Assembly (NCBI GenBank): GCA_026128865.1
Contig: JAHCJE010000001.1
Location: 1,756 to 65,755 of the forward strand
Source of the DNA: Phycisphaeraceae bacterium
GTDB lineage: Bacteria > Planctomycetota > Phycisphaerae > Phycisphaerales > UBA1924
Length of the DNA: 64,000 bases
Direction of reading: 5' to 3'
Position numbers and translations under genes: made by a program. The notes below the pieces were generated by a model. That model did no database searches and was not told the DNA's origin. It saw nothing but the letters and a program-made list of their open reading frames with translations. Shown here one piece after another: positions 38,627 through 48,002 of the stretch (the stretch's first letter is position 1; every line of letters begins with the position of its first letter).

Positions 38627-39481
38627 TCACGGCGGCAGGCCCCGCTCGGCCCGTTTCATCTCGCGGACCTTGAGGACGATCTGGTACTCGTAGATCGCCT
38701 GGAGCGCGCAGTAGGTCAGGCCCGGGCCGCCGTCGAGGAATCCGCCCTGCGCGAGGTACATGTAGGCGAACTTGAGCCACGGTCGGCCCGGGAGGCGGAA
38801 GGAGAGGTTCTTGAGTTCGAGGCGGCGGGTGTTGCGGTCGCGGCTCAGGAGGTTGGCGGGGCGGACGGGGCGCTCGCGCAGGGCCTTCATGGTCTCGTGG
38901 GCCTCGTAGGTGGAGTATCGGTTGTGGCGTTCGAGCCACTCGGCGATGCCCTTGCTGAAGTTGTAGTGGATGAACCGCTCGCGGAGGTAGCCGACGCCCC
39001 CGTCGACGATGGGGGCGGGGTTTGCGAGGCGCTCGAAGCGGATGTGGGGGGGCTGAAAGAAGCGCATGATGTTGCCGGGCGGCATGGCGCGGCGGAGCCA
39101 GCGGCCCATGAAGTAGTTGCGCCGGCCGCAGTAGTAGGCGACGGGGTCGCCGCGCTCGCGGGAGCGTTCGCTGCGGTCCCACTCGGCGGCGATGCGCTCG
39201 ATCTCGGCGCGGAGTTCGGGTGTCATGCGTTCGTCGGCGTCGAGGTAGAAGACCCAGGGGTGCTTGAAGGGGATGTTCTCCATGGCCCAGTTCTGGTGCG
39301 GGCCGCGGCCGTCGTAAGCGCGTTCGAACCACCGGCAGCCTCGGGCGAGGGCGATGTCCTTGGTGCGGTCGGAGGAGAGTGAGTCGAGGACGACGACGTC
39401 GTCGGCCCATGAGACGGAGTCGAGGAGGCCTGGGAGGTTGGCCTCTTCATTGAGGGTCTGGATGAAGATGGAGACGGGCAT
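38627..39481 (-). CDS. Glycosyltransferase family 2 (KdtX/WaaE-like)
   Basis: VSIFIQTLNEE, VLDSLSSDRT, WVFYLDADE, GFLDG. Confidence 0.92.
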   Translation of the reverse strand: MPVSIFIQTLNEEANLPGLLDSVSWADDVVVLDSLSSDRTKDIALARGCRWFERAYDGRGPHQNWAMENIPFKHPWVFYLDADERMTPELRAEIERIAAEWDRSERSRERGDPVAYYCGRRNYFMGRWLRRAMPPGNIMRFFQPPHIRFERLANPAPIVDGGVGYLRERFIHYNFSKGIAEWLERHNRYSTYEAHETMKALRERPVRPANLLSRDRNTRRLELKNLSFRLPGRPWLKFAYMYLAQGGFLDGGPGLTYCALQAIYEYQIVLKVREMKRAERGLPP

Positions 39482-39603
39482 CCGTGTTCCTGGATCGGGG
39501 CGAAGACGTTGATTGACGGGTCATCGATTCCGGCGCGAGCGCGATTCCACTTTCCTCCCGGGCATGGGGCCATCCGCGGTGCCGGGCGGCGTGCTCGCCG
39601 TCG

Positions 39604-40755
39604 TCATTGCACCGCCCGAACGATTCCTTCGGCGACGTACACCCGGTTTCTACGCTTTCCGGTCACTTCTCGCAGGATGCCTGCGGCGACGAGTTTGTCG
39701 ACGTTGATCTGGGCGGAGCGCCGCGTGACGCCGAGGGCGTCGCACACGCGGGCGACGCTGACGGCCGGGTGTGCGAACAGTTCGTCGGCGAGCCGGAGCG
39801 GCAGGGCGGAGCCGCGCACGCCGGTCAGCCTCCGGCGGTACTCGTCGCGCAGTTCGACCAGCCTGGTTGCCCGCGTGACGGCATCCATGGACTGCTCGGC
39901 GACGCCCCGGAGGAAGAACTCCACCCACTCATCCCACTTCCCTTCACGGCTGACAGCGAGCAGGTGGCTGTAGTAGGCGTTGCGCTCGCGTTCGAGGTAG
40001 GCGGACAGGTAGAGCAGCGGGCCGGGAAGGATGCCCTCCATGCAGAGCAGCAGCGTGATGAGCAGCCGGCCGATGCGCCCGTTCCCGTCGAGGAACGGGT
40101 GGATCGCCTCGAACTGATAGTGGACCATCGCGAGGCGCACAAGCGGCGGCAGGTCCGTCTTGGCGTGCAGGTAGGACTCGAAGGCGTTGAGCGCGGGAAT
40201 CAACTCTTTGGGAGGAGGGGGAACAAACGTCGCGTCAGAGATGGATCCGCCCGACGGGCCGATCCAGTTCTGTATGGTCCGGAACTCGCCGGGGTTGGCG
40301 GAGTCGCCCCGCACGCCGCGCATCAGGAGTTCGTGCATCTCTCGAACGAGGCGCAGGCTCATCGGCGGGGTTGAGAGCCGGGACATGCCGTGCTCGAGGG
40401 CGCGAACGTAGTTGTAGACCTCCCGCACGTCCGCGATCCGCGGCTCGGCATCCGGGATCGCCTCGAAGAGGACGAGGTCCGAGAGCGACGCCTGCGTGCC
40501 CTCGATCCGGCTGGAGAGCACGGCCTCGCGACGCATGAACGGGCCGATCAGGAGGTGCGGGTTGGGGAGATTCTGGCCGACGCCCGCCAGCCTTCCCAAG
40601 GCCCTGTCCGCGGCCGAGAGCACGGTGAGCAGGGAACTTCGCCACTGCACGGATGCGGGCAACGGGTCGGGGACATAGGCCCAGTAGGAACCATGGCCGC
40701 CGCCGACGCGGACCAAGCGTCCTGGGTGTCCGGGCTTGAACGTCTCTGGGTTCAC
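39604..40755 (-). CDS. Fic domain protein (class II, N-terminal inhibitory motif, C-terminal HTH)
   Basis: HPFLDGNGRIGR Fic motif; SSRIEGT inhibitory motif; C-terminal ILREVTGKRRNRVY. Confidence 0.95.
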   Translation of the reverse strand: MNPETFKPGHPGRLVRVGGGHGSYWAYVPDPLPASVQWRSSLLTVLSAADRALGRLAGVGQNLPNPHLLIGPFMRREAVLSSRIEGTQASLSDLVLFEAIPDAEPRIADVREVYNYVRALEHGMSRLSTPPMSLRLVREMHELLMRGVRGDSANPGEFRTIQNWIGPSGGSISDATFVPPPPKELIPALNAFESYLHAKTDLPPLVRLAMVHYQFEAIHPFLDGNGRIGRLLITLLLCMEGILPGPLLYLSAYLERERNAYYSHLLAVSREGKWDEWVEFFLRGVAEQSMDAVTRATRLVELRDEYRRRLTGVRGSALPLRLADELFAHPAVSVARVCDALGVTRRSAQINVDKLVAAGILREVTGKRRNRVYVAEGIVRAVQ

Positions 40756-40784
40756 GCGTGGGTACGGGAGGTAACGCTCTTGGA

Positions 40785-40827
40785 CTTGTTACGATACTAT
40801 CAGCCCATATGGTATCGTATCAACAAG
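40785..40827. promoter_or_regulatory. Imperfect inverted repeat overlapping a putative fic promoter
   Basis: TACGATACTAT (40790-40800) / ATGGTATCGTA (40809-40819), extended by CTTGTT/AACAAG; minus strand TTGATA-N18-TAGTAT. Confidence 0.5.
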
Positions 40828-40835
40828 ACCGAAGG

Positions 40836-42128
40836 CTAGTGTAAACCACTGACTATCTCTCCCAGATCGACTGTGTACATGCCGCGGCGGCCGTTCATGG
40901 CGGAGTCGATGCAGGCGAGGGTGGCGTCGTGGTTGAAGCGTGGGTGGAGGTCGACGCGGGTCTCGCCGTCGAGTTCGCGGGGGGTGGGGTATCGGCCGAT
41001 CTCGTAGCCGGTGTTGCGGCGGCAGTCCCAGAGGAAGAGGGGCTGGCGCGATCGGAGGTCGGGGTAGCCGTCGGTGAGGACCCATCGGCCGGGTTCGGGG
41101 CCGCCGCGGTTGAAGGTGCAGTGGCCGTCGCAGGTGAGTTCGGCGCGGGCGAAGGGCTGTGTGGTGGCGCTTTCTTCATCGGGGATGAGGAGGTAGGAGT
41201 CGCGGACGATGCGGCTCATGAGGAATCGCGGTTTGCCGAGGGCGTAGTAGATGGGCTTGAGGGTTCGTCGTGCGGCGTTCATGGCCGCGCCGCGCGGGCC
41301 GCGCGTGCCCCCCCCCAGCAGGGCACGACGACCGGCCCATGCGAGCAGGGTCGAGTCGTCGCGCCAGTCGTAGTGGCTGACCATGCCCTCCATGAGCAGG
41401 CGCAGGCCCGAGCCGTCCGCGCCGACGGTGAAGAGGCGGGAGTGGAGGATGCCGTCCTGGCGGTCGAAGCGGTGGAGGAAGCAGAGCCGCGAGCCGGAGC
41501 GGTTGAACATGAGGTGGTTGACGTAGTGGTGCGCGCGATCGCCCATCGGGTTGTGTCGGTGGTCGCGCACGGCGGCGATGGGGGCGATGAGCGTGCGCTC
41601 GCCGGTGCGGAGGTCGAGCCGCCAGACGCCGTCGGTGTGTGGCGCGGGGTCGTCGGGATGGGCGTCGTGCGCCGCGGGGAGGCCGTACTCGCGGCGCAGG
41701 CGCGTGAGTCGGCCGAAGTCGAGCGTTGCGGCGGTTCGGGCGTCGGGCGAGACGGCGTAGACCGGCCAGGGGACGATGCGCACTTCTGCGCCCGAAGGTT
41801 CGACGATGCGGGCGACGGGACGGTTGTCGGCGATGTCGTTGTAAAGCACGCGCTCGTGTCCCGCGTCGTTGATCCATTGGAGTTGTGCCCCCTGCTGCCA
41901 GTTCCAGGCGTGAGTAAGCCCGATCGCCTCGAATGAGCCTCGCTCGGCGTCGATCCACCCGACCTCGGCCGGCTCGTCGGGGGCGGGGAAGCGGTCGCAG
42001 AAGCGGGCGCGGTGGGCGAGGAGTTTGGTGCCGTCGGCGGACCAGGGGCACTTGTCGTAGTAGCCGAACCAGTAGTGCCAGCCGTCGTCGGGGGAGACCT
42101 TGCGGATGTGGCAGTGGCGTCGGATCAT
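40836..42128 (-). CDS. Conserved polysaccharide-locus beta-propeller protein (TolB/oligogalacturonate lyase-like)
   Basis: WFGYYDKCPWSADG, AWNWQQGA, HYVNHLMFN, DGHC, TDGYPD, RVDLHPRF; ATGA coupling. Confidence 0.75.
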   Translation of the reverse strand: MIRRHCHIRKVSPDDGWHYWFGYYDKCPWSADGTKLLAHRARFCDRFPAPDEPAEVGWIDAERGSFEAIGLTHAWNWQQGAQLQWINDAGHERVLYNDIADNRPVARIVEPSGAEVRIVPWPVYAVSPDARTAATLDFGRLTRLRREYGLPAAHDAHPDDPAPHTDGVWRLDLRTGERTLIAPIAAVRDHRHNPMGDRAHHYVNHLMFNRSGSRLCFLHRFDRQDGILHSRLFTVGADGSGLRLLMEGMVSHYDWRDDSTLLAWAGRRALLGGGTRGPRGAAMNAARRTLKPIYYALGKPRFLMSRIVRDSYLLIPDEESATTQPFARAELTCDGHCTFNRGGPEPGRWVLTDGYPDLRSRQPLFLWDCRRNTGYEIGRYPTPRELDGETRVDLHPRFNHDATLACIDSAMNGRRGMYTVDLGEIVSGLH

Positions 42129-42694
42129 GGGGTTTCGGGTTGGCGGTCGCGGATGACGCGGTCCTTCACGGGCTTGGCGGGCGTGCCGATGCAGACCTTC
42201 CACGGGGGCAGGTCGTGGAAGACGCTGGAGCGAGCGCCGACGACGGTGCCCTCGCCGATGGTGACGCCGGGGCCGACGAAGACGTCGGCGGCGATCCAGC
42301 ACGACGGGCCGATGCGGATGGGCATGGGGCGGAGGGTGAATCGGCGGTCCTCGTGGTCGTGGGTCGCGCCGCAGAGGTAGGCGTACTGGCTGACGGTGGT
42401 GTGCGCGCCGATCTCGATGGTGTCCACGCAGTAGCAATCCACGTCGTCGGCGAGTGTGGCGTAGTCGCCCATGACGAGGTTCCACGGGCCCCAGATGCGA
42501 GCCCTCGGGCACACGCGGGCCTTGAGCGAGACGCGCGCGCCGAAGAGACGCAGGATGCGTGCACGAAGGGCGTGCATGGGTCGCGGCACCCAGCGGAAAA
42601 TGGTCGCCTGTACGAGTCCCCAGGCGACGCGGCGGAGGCGGTTGCCGAGGCTGTGCGGGCTGGGCTTGTTCGAGATGTCGATGCCTGTGGTCAT
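42125..42694 (-). CDS. WcaF-like hexapeptide O-acetyltransferase
   Basis: LRLFGARV, IWGPWNL, SQYAYLCGATHD, WIAADVFVGPGVTIGEG, GTPAK. Confidence 0.9.
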   Translation of the reverse strand: MTTGIDISNKPSPHSLGNRLRRVAWGLVQATIFRWVPRPMHALRARILRLFGARVSLKARVCPRARIWGPWNLVMGDYATLADDVDCYCVDTIEIGAHTTVSQYAYLCGATHDHEDRRFTLRPMPIRIGPSCWIAADVFVGPGVTIGEGTVVGARSSVFHDLPPWKVCIGTPAKPVKDRVIRDRQPETP

Positions 42695-42735
42695 GCCTCT
42701 GGGTGCCTTGATGCCGCGTGCCTTGGTGCCTTTCT

Positions 42736-43245
42736 TCAGGTCGAGACGGCGTTGACGAACTCGCGTTTCTTCATCGGCCGCGCGGGCTGACCCGCGGCGA
42801 CGGTCCATCCGGGGAGGGAGTCGCCATGCACGAGGGAGCGAGCGCCGACGACGGTGCCGGCGCGAAGGCGCGTGCCGGGCATGGCGAGGGCGTCGGCGGC
42901 GAGCCAGCAATCGTCTTCGAGGACGATGTCGCCGCGGCGGACGGGGTGTCTTTGTTCGGCGGGGTCGCGGGCCTCGGTGGTGACGATGGCGAGTTGGCTG
43001 ACGACGCAGCGGTCGCCGATGGTGATCCGCCCCCCCCCTCGGAGCGCGGCGCGGTCGCCGATGACAGTGAGTGAGCCGACCGAAAGCAGCCACGGGCTAT
43101 CGATGGCGACGCTGCGGCGGACCTTCATGTTGGGGGCGAGGCGTGCGCCGAAGGCGCGGAGCACGGTCCGCCGCCAGCCGTTGGCGACGTGCGGCGAGAG
43201 GCGGAAGGCCCAACGCCCGAGCGTGCGCCAGAGGAAGGCTCTCAC
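42736..43245 (-). CDS. WcaF-like hexapeptide acetyltransferase (divergent)
   Basis: LRAFGAR, DSPW, ITIGDRCVVSQ, DCWLAAD, GQPAR; GTGA coupling. Confidence 0.8.
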   Translation of the reverse strand: MRAFLWRTLGRWAFRLSPHVANGWRRTVLRAFGARLAPNMKVRRSVAIDSPWLLSVGSLTVIGDRAALRGGGRITIGDRCVVSQLAIVTTEARDPAEQRHPVRRGDIVLEDDCWLAADALAMPGTRLRAGTVVGARSLVHGDSLPGWTVAAGQPARPMKKREFVNAVST

Positions 43246-43832
43246 GGCGTGTCTCCCTCCGCGGCGGGGTCGAAGGGGCGGGCGGGGTTGCCGCGGAGCC
43301 AGGTATCGGCGGGGGCGGACTTGTAGACGCTGGCGCGGGGCAGGACGCGGCAGCGGTCGCCGAGTTCGATGCCCGGGCCGAGGTAGGCGTCGAGGCCGAT
43401 GAAGCACTCGCGGCCGATGGTGATGGGGGGTTTGAGGAGGGGGAAGCGTGAGTCGGTCATGTCGTGGGTGCCTGCGCAGACGTGGGCGCGGTAGTCGATG
43501 ACGGCGCCGTCGCCGATGGTGATCGGGCCGAGGCCGTAGAGGATGACGCGGTCGGCGACGTTGACGCGGTCGCCGCAGCGGATGTTCCAGGGGATGGCGA
43601 TGTCGATGCCTGAGCCGAAGGAGCAGTCGCGTCCGACGCGGCCGCCGAAGAGGCGGATGAGCGAAGGGCGTGCACCCGGCAGGAGTTCCCAAACGAGGCG
43701 GCCGACAGTCCCCCACACAGCCCGAACTAGTTTCTGCCTGGGGGTCCAGACCGACCGACGCGCGGGAGGCGGCGCGGCCTGCGTGGGGCCGGTGCCGGTC
43801 GCGGCGTGGGCCTGGGTCGCGTTGGGGGTCAT
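43242..43832 (-). CDS. WcaF-like hexapeptide acetyltransferase
   Basis: IRLFGGRVG, IPWNI, HVCAGTHD, PITIG, GNPAR. Confidence 0.85.
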   Translation of the reverse strand: MTPNATQAHAATGTGPTQAAPPPARRSVWTPRQKLVRAVWGTVGRLVWELLPGARPSLIRLFGGRVGRDCSFGSGIDIAIPWNIRCGDRVNVADRVILYGLGPITIGDGAVIDYRAHVCAGTHDMTDSRFPLLKPPITIGRECFIGLDAYLGPGIELGDRCRVLPRASVYKSAPADTWLRGNPARPFDPAAEGDTP

Positions 43833-44015
43833 CGGGTCTCCGGGGGCGGCGGCGTGGCGGCGGCGGGCCTCACCGGCAGTACGCCGGCGGCGTGTGAGTC
43901 GATCGGGAGCAAGCCACAACAGTATCGGCAGGGGTGTGCCGATGGTGAGACGATGCGTTCGGGGCCTATCGTGCCAGCCTTCGCGGGAGGCCGAGAGGAG
44001 ACGGGTGGGATCGGC

Positions 44016-44921
44016 ATGGACCCGACGAAAACCCTTGAAAACCTCGCGAGGAGGTTCCTTCCTCCGTCGGCTGCGCGAGCGGCGAAGCGCGTGGCGGTCT
44101 GGCCGCGGTACTGGGCGCAGCGTGCGGCGTGCCGGCGCGGTTTCCGGGCGTACGGGTCGCGGTATCCGCATCCGGTGCTGTATGTGGCGGGGCTGCCCAA
44201 GAGCGGGACGACGTGGCTGGAGAAGATGCTCTCGTCGTTTCCGGGCTTCCACGAACTGCTGATCCCGGAGGTGGCTGCGCACGAGTTGCGGACGGGCGGG
44301 AGCCACGACTTCGAGTTGCCGGAGGGGATGTTCGAGCGTTTCCGGGGGATGCTGGTGCTGACGAAGATGCACGCGCACGGCTCGGCGCACAACGCGGGCG
44401 TGCTGAAGCGTGCGGGGGTGCCGTACGTGGTGCTGTACCGCGACCTTCGGGACGTTGCGGTGAGCAACTACTTCTACGTTCGGAACACGCCGTGGCACCC
44501 GGAGTACCCGCTGTATGCGCCGCTGCCGTTGCAGGAGGGGCTGCGGGTTTTTTCGGAGCGGACGCTGCCGGCGTACGCGGCGTGGGTTCGTTCGTGGCGC
44601 GACAACCGCGACCCGGATTCGAGCCTGATGCTTCGGTACGAGGACATGCTGTCGGACGCGCGTGGTTCGGTGACGCGGATCGCGACGCTGTTCGGGCTGG
44701 ATGATTCACCGGAGACGGTGGGGCGGATCGTGGAGGCGCACTCGTTCGAGCGGATGAGCGGTGGGCGTGAGCGCGGGCAGGACGACGCGAGGGCGTTCGT
44801 TCGCAAGGGCGTGGCCGGGGACTGGCGGAACCACTTCGACGAGGCCCTGCGGCGGACGTACAAGAGCACGATCGGTGAGTTTCTGGTCGAGTTCGGGTAC
44901 GAGGCTGGAACGGACTGGTGA
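44016..44921 (+). CDS. PAPS-dependent sulfotransferase
   Basis: VAGLPKSGTTWL, YRDLRDVAVS, LRYEDM, FVRKGVAGDWRNHF. Confidence 0.92.
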   Translation: MDPTKTLENLARRFLPPSAARAAKRVAVWPRYWAQRAACRRGFRAYGSRYPHPVLYVAGLPKSGTTWLEKMLSSFPGFHELLIPEVAAHELRTGGSHDFELPEGMFERFRGMLVLTKMHAHGSAHNAGVLKRAGVPYVVLYRDLRDVAVSNYFYVRNTPWHPEYPLYAPLPLQEGLRVFSERTLPAYAAWVRSWRDNRDPDSSLMLRYEDMLSDARGSVTRIATLFGLDDSPETVGRIVEAHSFERMSGGRERGQDDARAFVRKGVAGDWRNHFDEALRRTYKSTIGEFLVEFGYEAGTDW

Positions 44922-44977
44922 GGGTGGCGGGGCGAGCCTCTATACTCGCCCCCTTCCCGCGACGGAGAGACCAAGGC

Positions 44978-46249
44978 ATGAGCACGCCGCGCAAGATTCT
45001 GTTCGTGTGCCAGGTGTTCTACCCGGACACGACGTCGACGAGCCAGTTGTTCACGAGCATGTTCGCGGAGATGGTGAAGGAGGGGCACGACATCACGGCG
45101 TTGTGCGCGTTCCCGAGCGGGAAGGAAGGGCGCGGGCGAAAACTGCCGCGGTTCGAGGTGTACAAGGGGATCAAGATCCGCCGGCTTGGGTTCCGGATCG
45201 ACCACAAGAAGTCGCACTACTCGCGGGCGATGTCGTACCTCGGGTTCATGATCCCGGCGTTGCTTCGGCTGTTGTTCGTGCCCAAGTCCACGATCGTGTT
45301 CGGTGTGACGAACCCGCCGTTCCTGGCGCAGGGGCTGTACCTGATCTCGCTGTTGCGGGGGTTGAAGTACCAGTACATGGTGCTGGACGCGTACCCCGAG
45401 TCGCTGATCGCGTTGGGCATGAGTGAGCGGTCGTTCGTCGCGCGGGCGTGGACGTGGCTGAACAAGATTGCGTACAGGCGCGCGGAGAAAATGATCGTGC
45501 TCGGGCGCGACATGACGACACTGCTCGTCAACCGCTACGGGATCGACGAGAAGAAGTCGATCGTGTACATCCCGCACTGGAGCGCCGTGGAGGCGCCGGA
45601 CCCGCTGCCGGTCGAGAAGAGCGCGATGATCGACCGGCTCGGGCTGCGTGACAAGTTCATCGTGCAATACTCGGGCAACATGGGGATGTGGCACGACATG
45701 GACTCGTTCGTGCGTGCGGCCAAGCGGGTCGAGGACGACCCCTCGATCCACTTCCTGTTCATCGGCGAGGGGGCGCGGCGGACGGCGGCGGTGCGGCTGG
45801 CGGAGGAACTCGGCTGCACGAACATCACCTGGCACGACTTCGTGCCGCTGGAGCAGGTGCGCGAGAGTCTGTCGAGTTGCCACGTCGCGCTGATCTCGCT
45901 CCGTGCGGGGTTCGAGGGGATCGCGGTGCCGAGCAAGTTGTACGGCATCCTGATGAGCGGGCGTGCCGTGCTGGCGCAGACGCCGCTCGAATCCGAGACT
46001 GCCTACACCCTCGCCGAGTGCGATTGCGGCGTCACGGTGGCGCCGGGCGACACGGACGGGCTGGTGCGGGCGATCCGCGAGATGGCGGCGAACCGGGAGC
46101 GGACGGCGGAGATGGGTCGCAAGGCGTTCCGGGCGTACAAGGAGAAGTACACGCAGGCGCAGGCGATCGAGGCGTTCTCGGACCTGTGGGGTTTGGACAT
46201 GAAGAAGCGGCCCGCGCCGTCGCACGCCGCGGCGGAGACCGCGGCCTGA
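44978..46249 (+). CDS. Glycosyltransferase family 4 (WcaI/WbuB-like)
   Basis: QVFYPD, TNPP, DAYPE, YSGNMG, VPSKLYGILMSG. Confidence 0.92.
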   Translation: MSTPRKILFVCQVFYPDTTSTSQLFTSMFAEMVKEGHDITALCAFPSGKEGRGRKLPRFEVYKGIKIRRLGFRIDHKKSHYSRAMSYLGFMIPALLRLLFVPKSTIVFGVTNPPFLAQGLYLISLLRGLKYQYMVLDAYPESLIALGMSERSFVARAWTWLNKIAYRRAEKMIVLGRDMTTLLVNRYGIDEKKSIVYIPHWSAVEAPDPLPVEKSAMIDRLGLRDKFIVQYSGNMGMWHDMDSFVRAAKRVEDDPSIHFLFIGEGARRTAAVRLAEELGCTNITWHDFVPLEQVRESLSSCHVALISLRAGFEGIAVPSKLYGILMSGRAVLAQTPLESETAYTLAECDCGVTVAPGDTDGLVRAIREMAANRERTAEMGRKAFRAYKEKYTQAQAIEAFSDLWGLDMKKRPAPSHAAAETAA

Positions 46250-46265
46250 CGCGCACGGACCCCCC

Positions 46266-47048
46266 ATGACCCAGCCCGAGACGCGCCCGCCGCTCCGCGT
46301 GCTGATCGTCACCGAGGACGATCCGCTGTACGTGGTGCGGTTCTTCGAGGTGTTCTTCGCGGAGTGCCCGCGCGACCGCATCGACCTGGTCGGGATCACG
46401 GTGAGCGAGGCATTCCACGAGCCGATGCACAAGACCGCGATGCGGATGTGGCGTTTCTACGGGCCGGTGGACTTCGTGCGTCTGTGCTGGCGGTTCGCGC
46501 TGGCGAAGGCGGGGCGGCGGAACATCGCCGCGCTGGCGCGCGAAGCGGGGGTGCCGATCGTGGCGACGGCGTCGGTGAACGACGAGGCGTACGTGCGTCG
46601 GGTGCGGGAGGAGTTGCGTCCGGACGTGATCGTGTCGGTGGCCGCGCCGGAGATCTTCAAGCGCGGCATCCTCGACGCGGCGCGGGAGCGGTGCATCAAC
46701 ATCCACTCGGGGAGGCTGCCGGTCTACCGCGGGATGATGCCGAACTTCTGGCAGCTGCTGCACGGGGAGCGTGCGGCGGTGGTGACGGTGCACGAGATGG
46801 CGGAGCAACTGGACGCGGGGGGCGTGATCGATACGCTCGAGTTCCCGCTGAGGGAGCGCGACTCGCTGGACCGGGTGATCACGGGGACGAAGCGGGAGGG
46901 CGCGCGGCTGATGATCCGCGTGCTGGAGCGGTTCCACGCCGGGCCGGTGGAGGCGACGCCGCTGGACATGTCGGGGAAGAAGTACTTCTCGTTCCCGAAG
47001 CCGAGCGACGTGAAGGCGTTCAGGAAACGGGGTCATAGGATGCTGTAG
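46266..47048 (+). CDS. Formyltransferase family protein (putative sugar N-formyltransferase)
   Basis: INIHSGRLPVYRGMMP, VTVHEM...LDAGGVI. Confidence 0.88.
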   Translation: MTQPETRPPLRVLIVTEDDPLYVVRFFEVFFAECPRDRIDLVGITVSEAFHEPMHKTAMRMWRFYGPVDFVRLCWRFALAKAGRRNIAALAREAGVPIVATASVNDEAYVRRVREELRPDVIVSVAAPEIFKRGILDAARERCINIHSGRLPVYRGMMPNFWQLLHGERAAVVTVHEMAEQLDAGGVIDTLEFPLRERDSLDRVITGTKREGARLMIRVLERFHAGPVEATPLDMSGKKYFSFPKPSDVKAFRKRGHRML

Positions 47049-47078
47049 GAGGGACCAGGCATCAGGCACCTGGCACCA

Positions 47079-48002
47079 ATGGAAGCAGACACTCGCGCCC
47101 TGCGCCTCATGTCCGAAGCCCCGGCGGCCATGTCGATCGACGTGGAAGACTGGTTCCAGGTCGAGAACCTGAAGGCGGTCGTTGCGCGCGATACATGGGA
47201 CGAGCGCGAGTTGCGGGTCGAGCGGAACACCGACCGGATGCTCGAACTGATGGCGGAGCGCGGCGTGCGGTGCACGTGCTTCATCCTCGGCTGGGTGGCC
47301 GACAGGTGCCCCGCACTCGTCCGTCGAATCGCGGCCGCCGGCCACGAGATCGCCAGCCACGGGTACGGGCACGACCTGATCTACTCGCTCACGCACGAGC
47401 AGTTCCGCGAGGATGTTCGCCGAGCGAAGCGGCTCACGGAGGACCTGACCGGGGCGGCGGTGCGGGGGTACCGCGCGCCGTCGTTCTCGATCACGGACTG
47501 GGCCATCGACATCCTGCGCGAGGAGGGGTTCACCTACGACTCGTCGGCGTTCCCGACGGTGGCGCACGATCGGTACGGGAAACTGACCGGGATGGACGCG
47601 GGGGAGCCGATCGCGGAGATCAGGCCTGGGTTCCACGAGGTGTGCGTCTCGACGCTGCAACTGGGCAGGCGGGGGCTGCCGTGGGCGGGGGGGGGGTACT
47701 TCCGGCTGATCCCGTACCCGGTGTTCAAGCGCGGGGTGCGGCGCATCCTGCGCTCGGGCGCGCCCTACGTCTTCTACATCCACCCGTGGGAGATCGACCC
47801 GGGCCAGCCGCGGTTGGCGGGGCTGCGGCGTTCGCACGCGTTCCGGCACTACAACAACCTGGACCGGTGCGAGGCGCGGTTCGCGTCGCTGCTTTCGGAT
47901 TTCCAATGGTCGACGTTGGCGGATCTGCTGCGTTCGAGCGTTGTTCCCACGTCGCCATCGTCCGCAGAAGACACGGACGGGCGCGATACCGACGGCAGTT
48001 GA
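47079..48002 (+). CDS. Polysaccharide deacetylase (XrtA/PEP-CTERM locus subfamily, DUF3473)
   Basis: SIDVEDWFQ, HEIASHGYGH, GYRAPSFS, GGGYFRL, YIHPWEIDP. Confidence 0.92.
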   Translation: MEADTRALRLMSEAPAAMSIDVEDWFQVENLKAVVARDTWDERELRVERNTDRMLELMAERGVRCTCFILGWVADRCPALVRRIAAAGHEIASHGYGHDLIYSLTHEQFREDVRRAKRLTEDLTGAAVRGYRAPSFSITDWAIDILREEGFTYDSSAFPTVAHDRYGKLTGMDAGEPIAEIRPGFHEVCVSTLQLGRRGLPWAGGGYFRLIPYPVFKRGVRRILRSGAPYVFYIHPWEIDPGQPRLAGLRRSHAFRHYNNLDRCEARFASLLSDFQWSTLADLLRSSVVPTSPSSAEDTDGRDTDGS

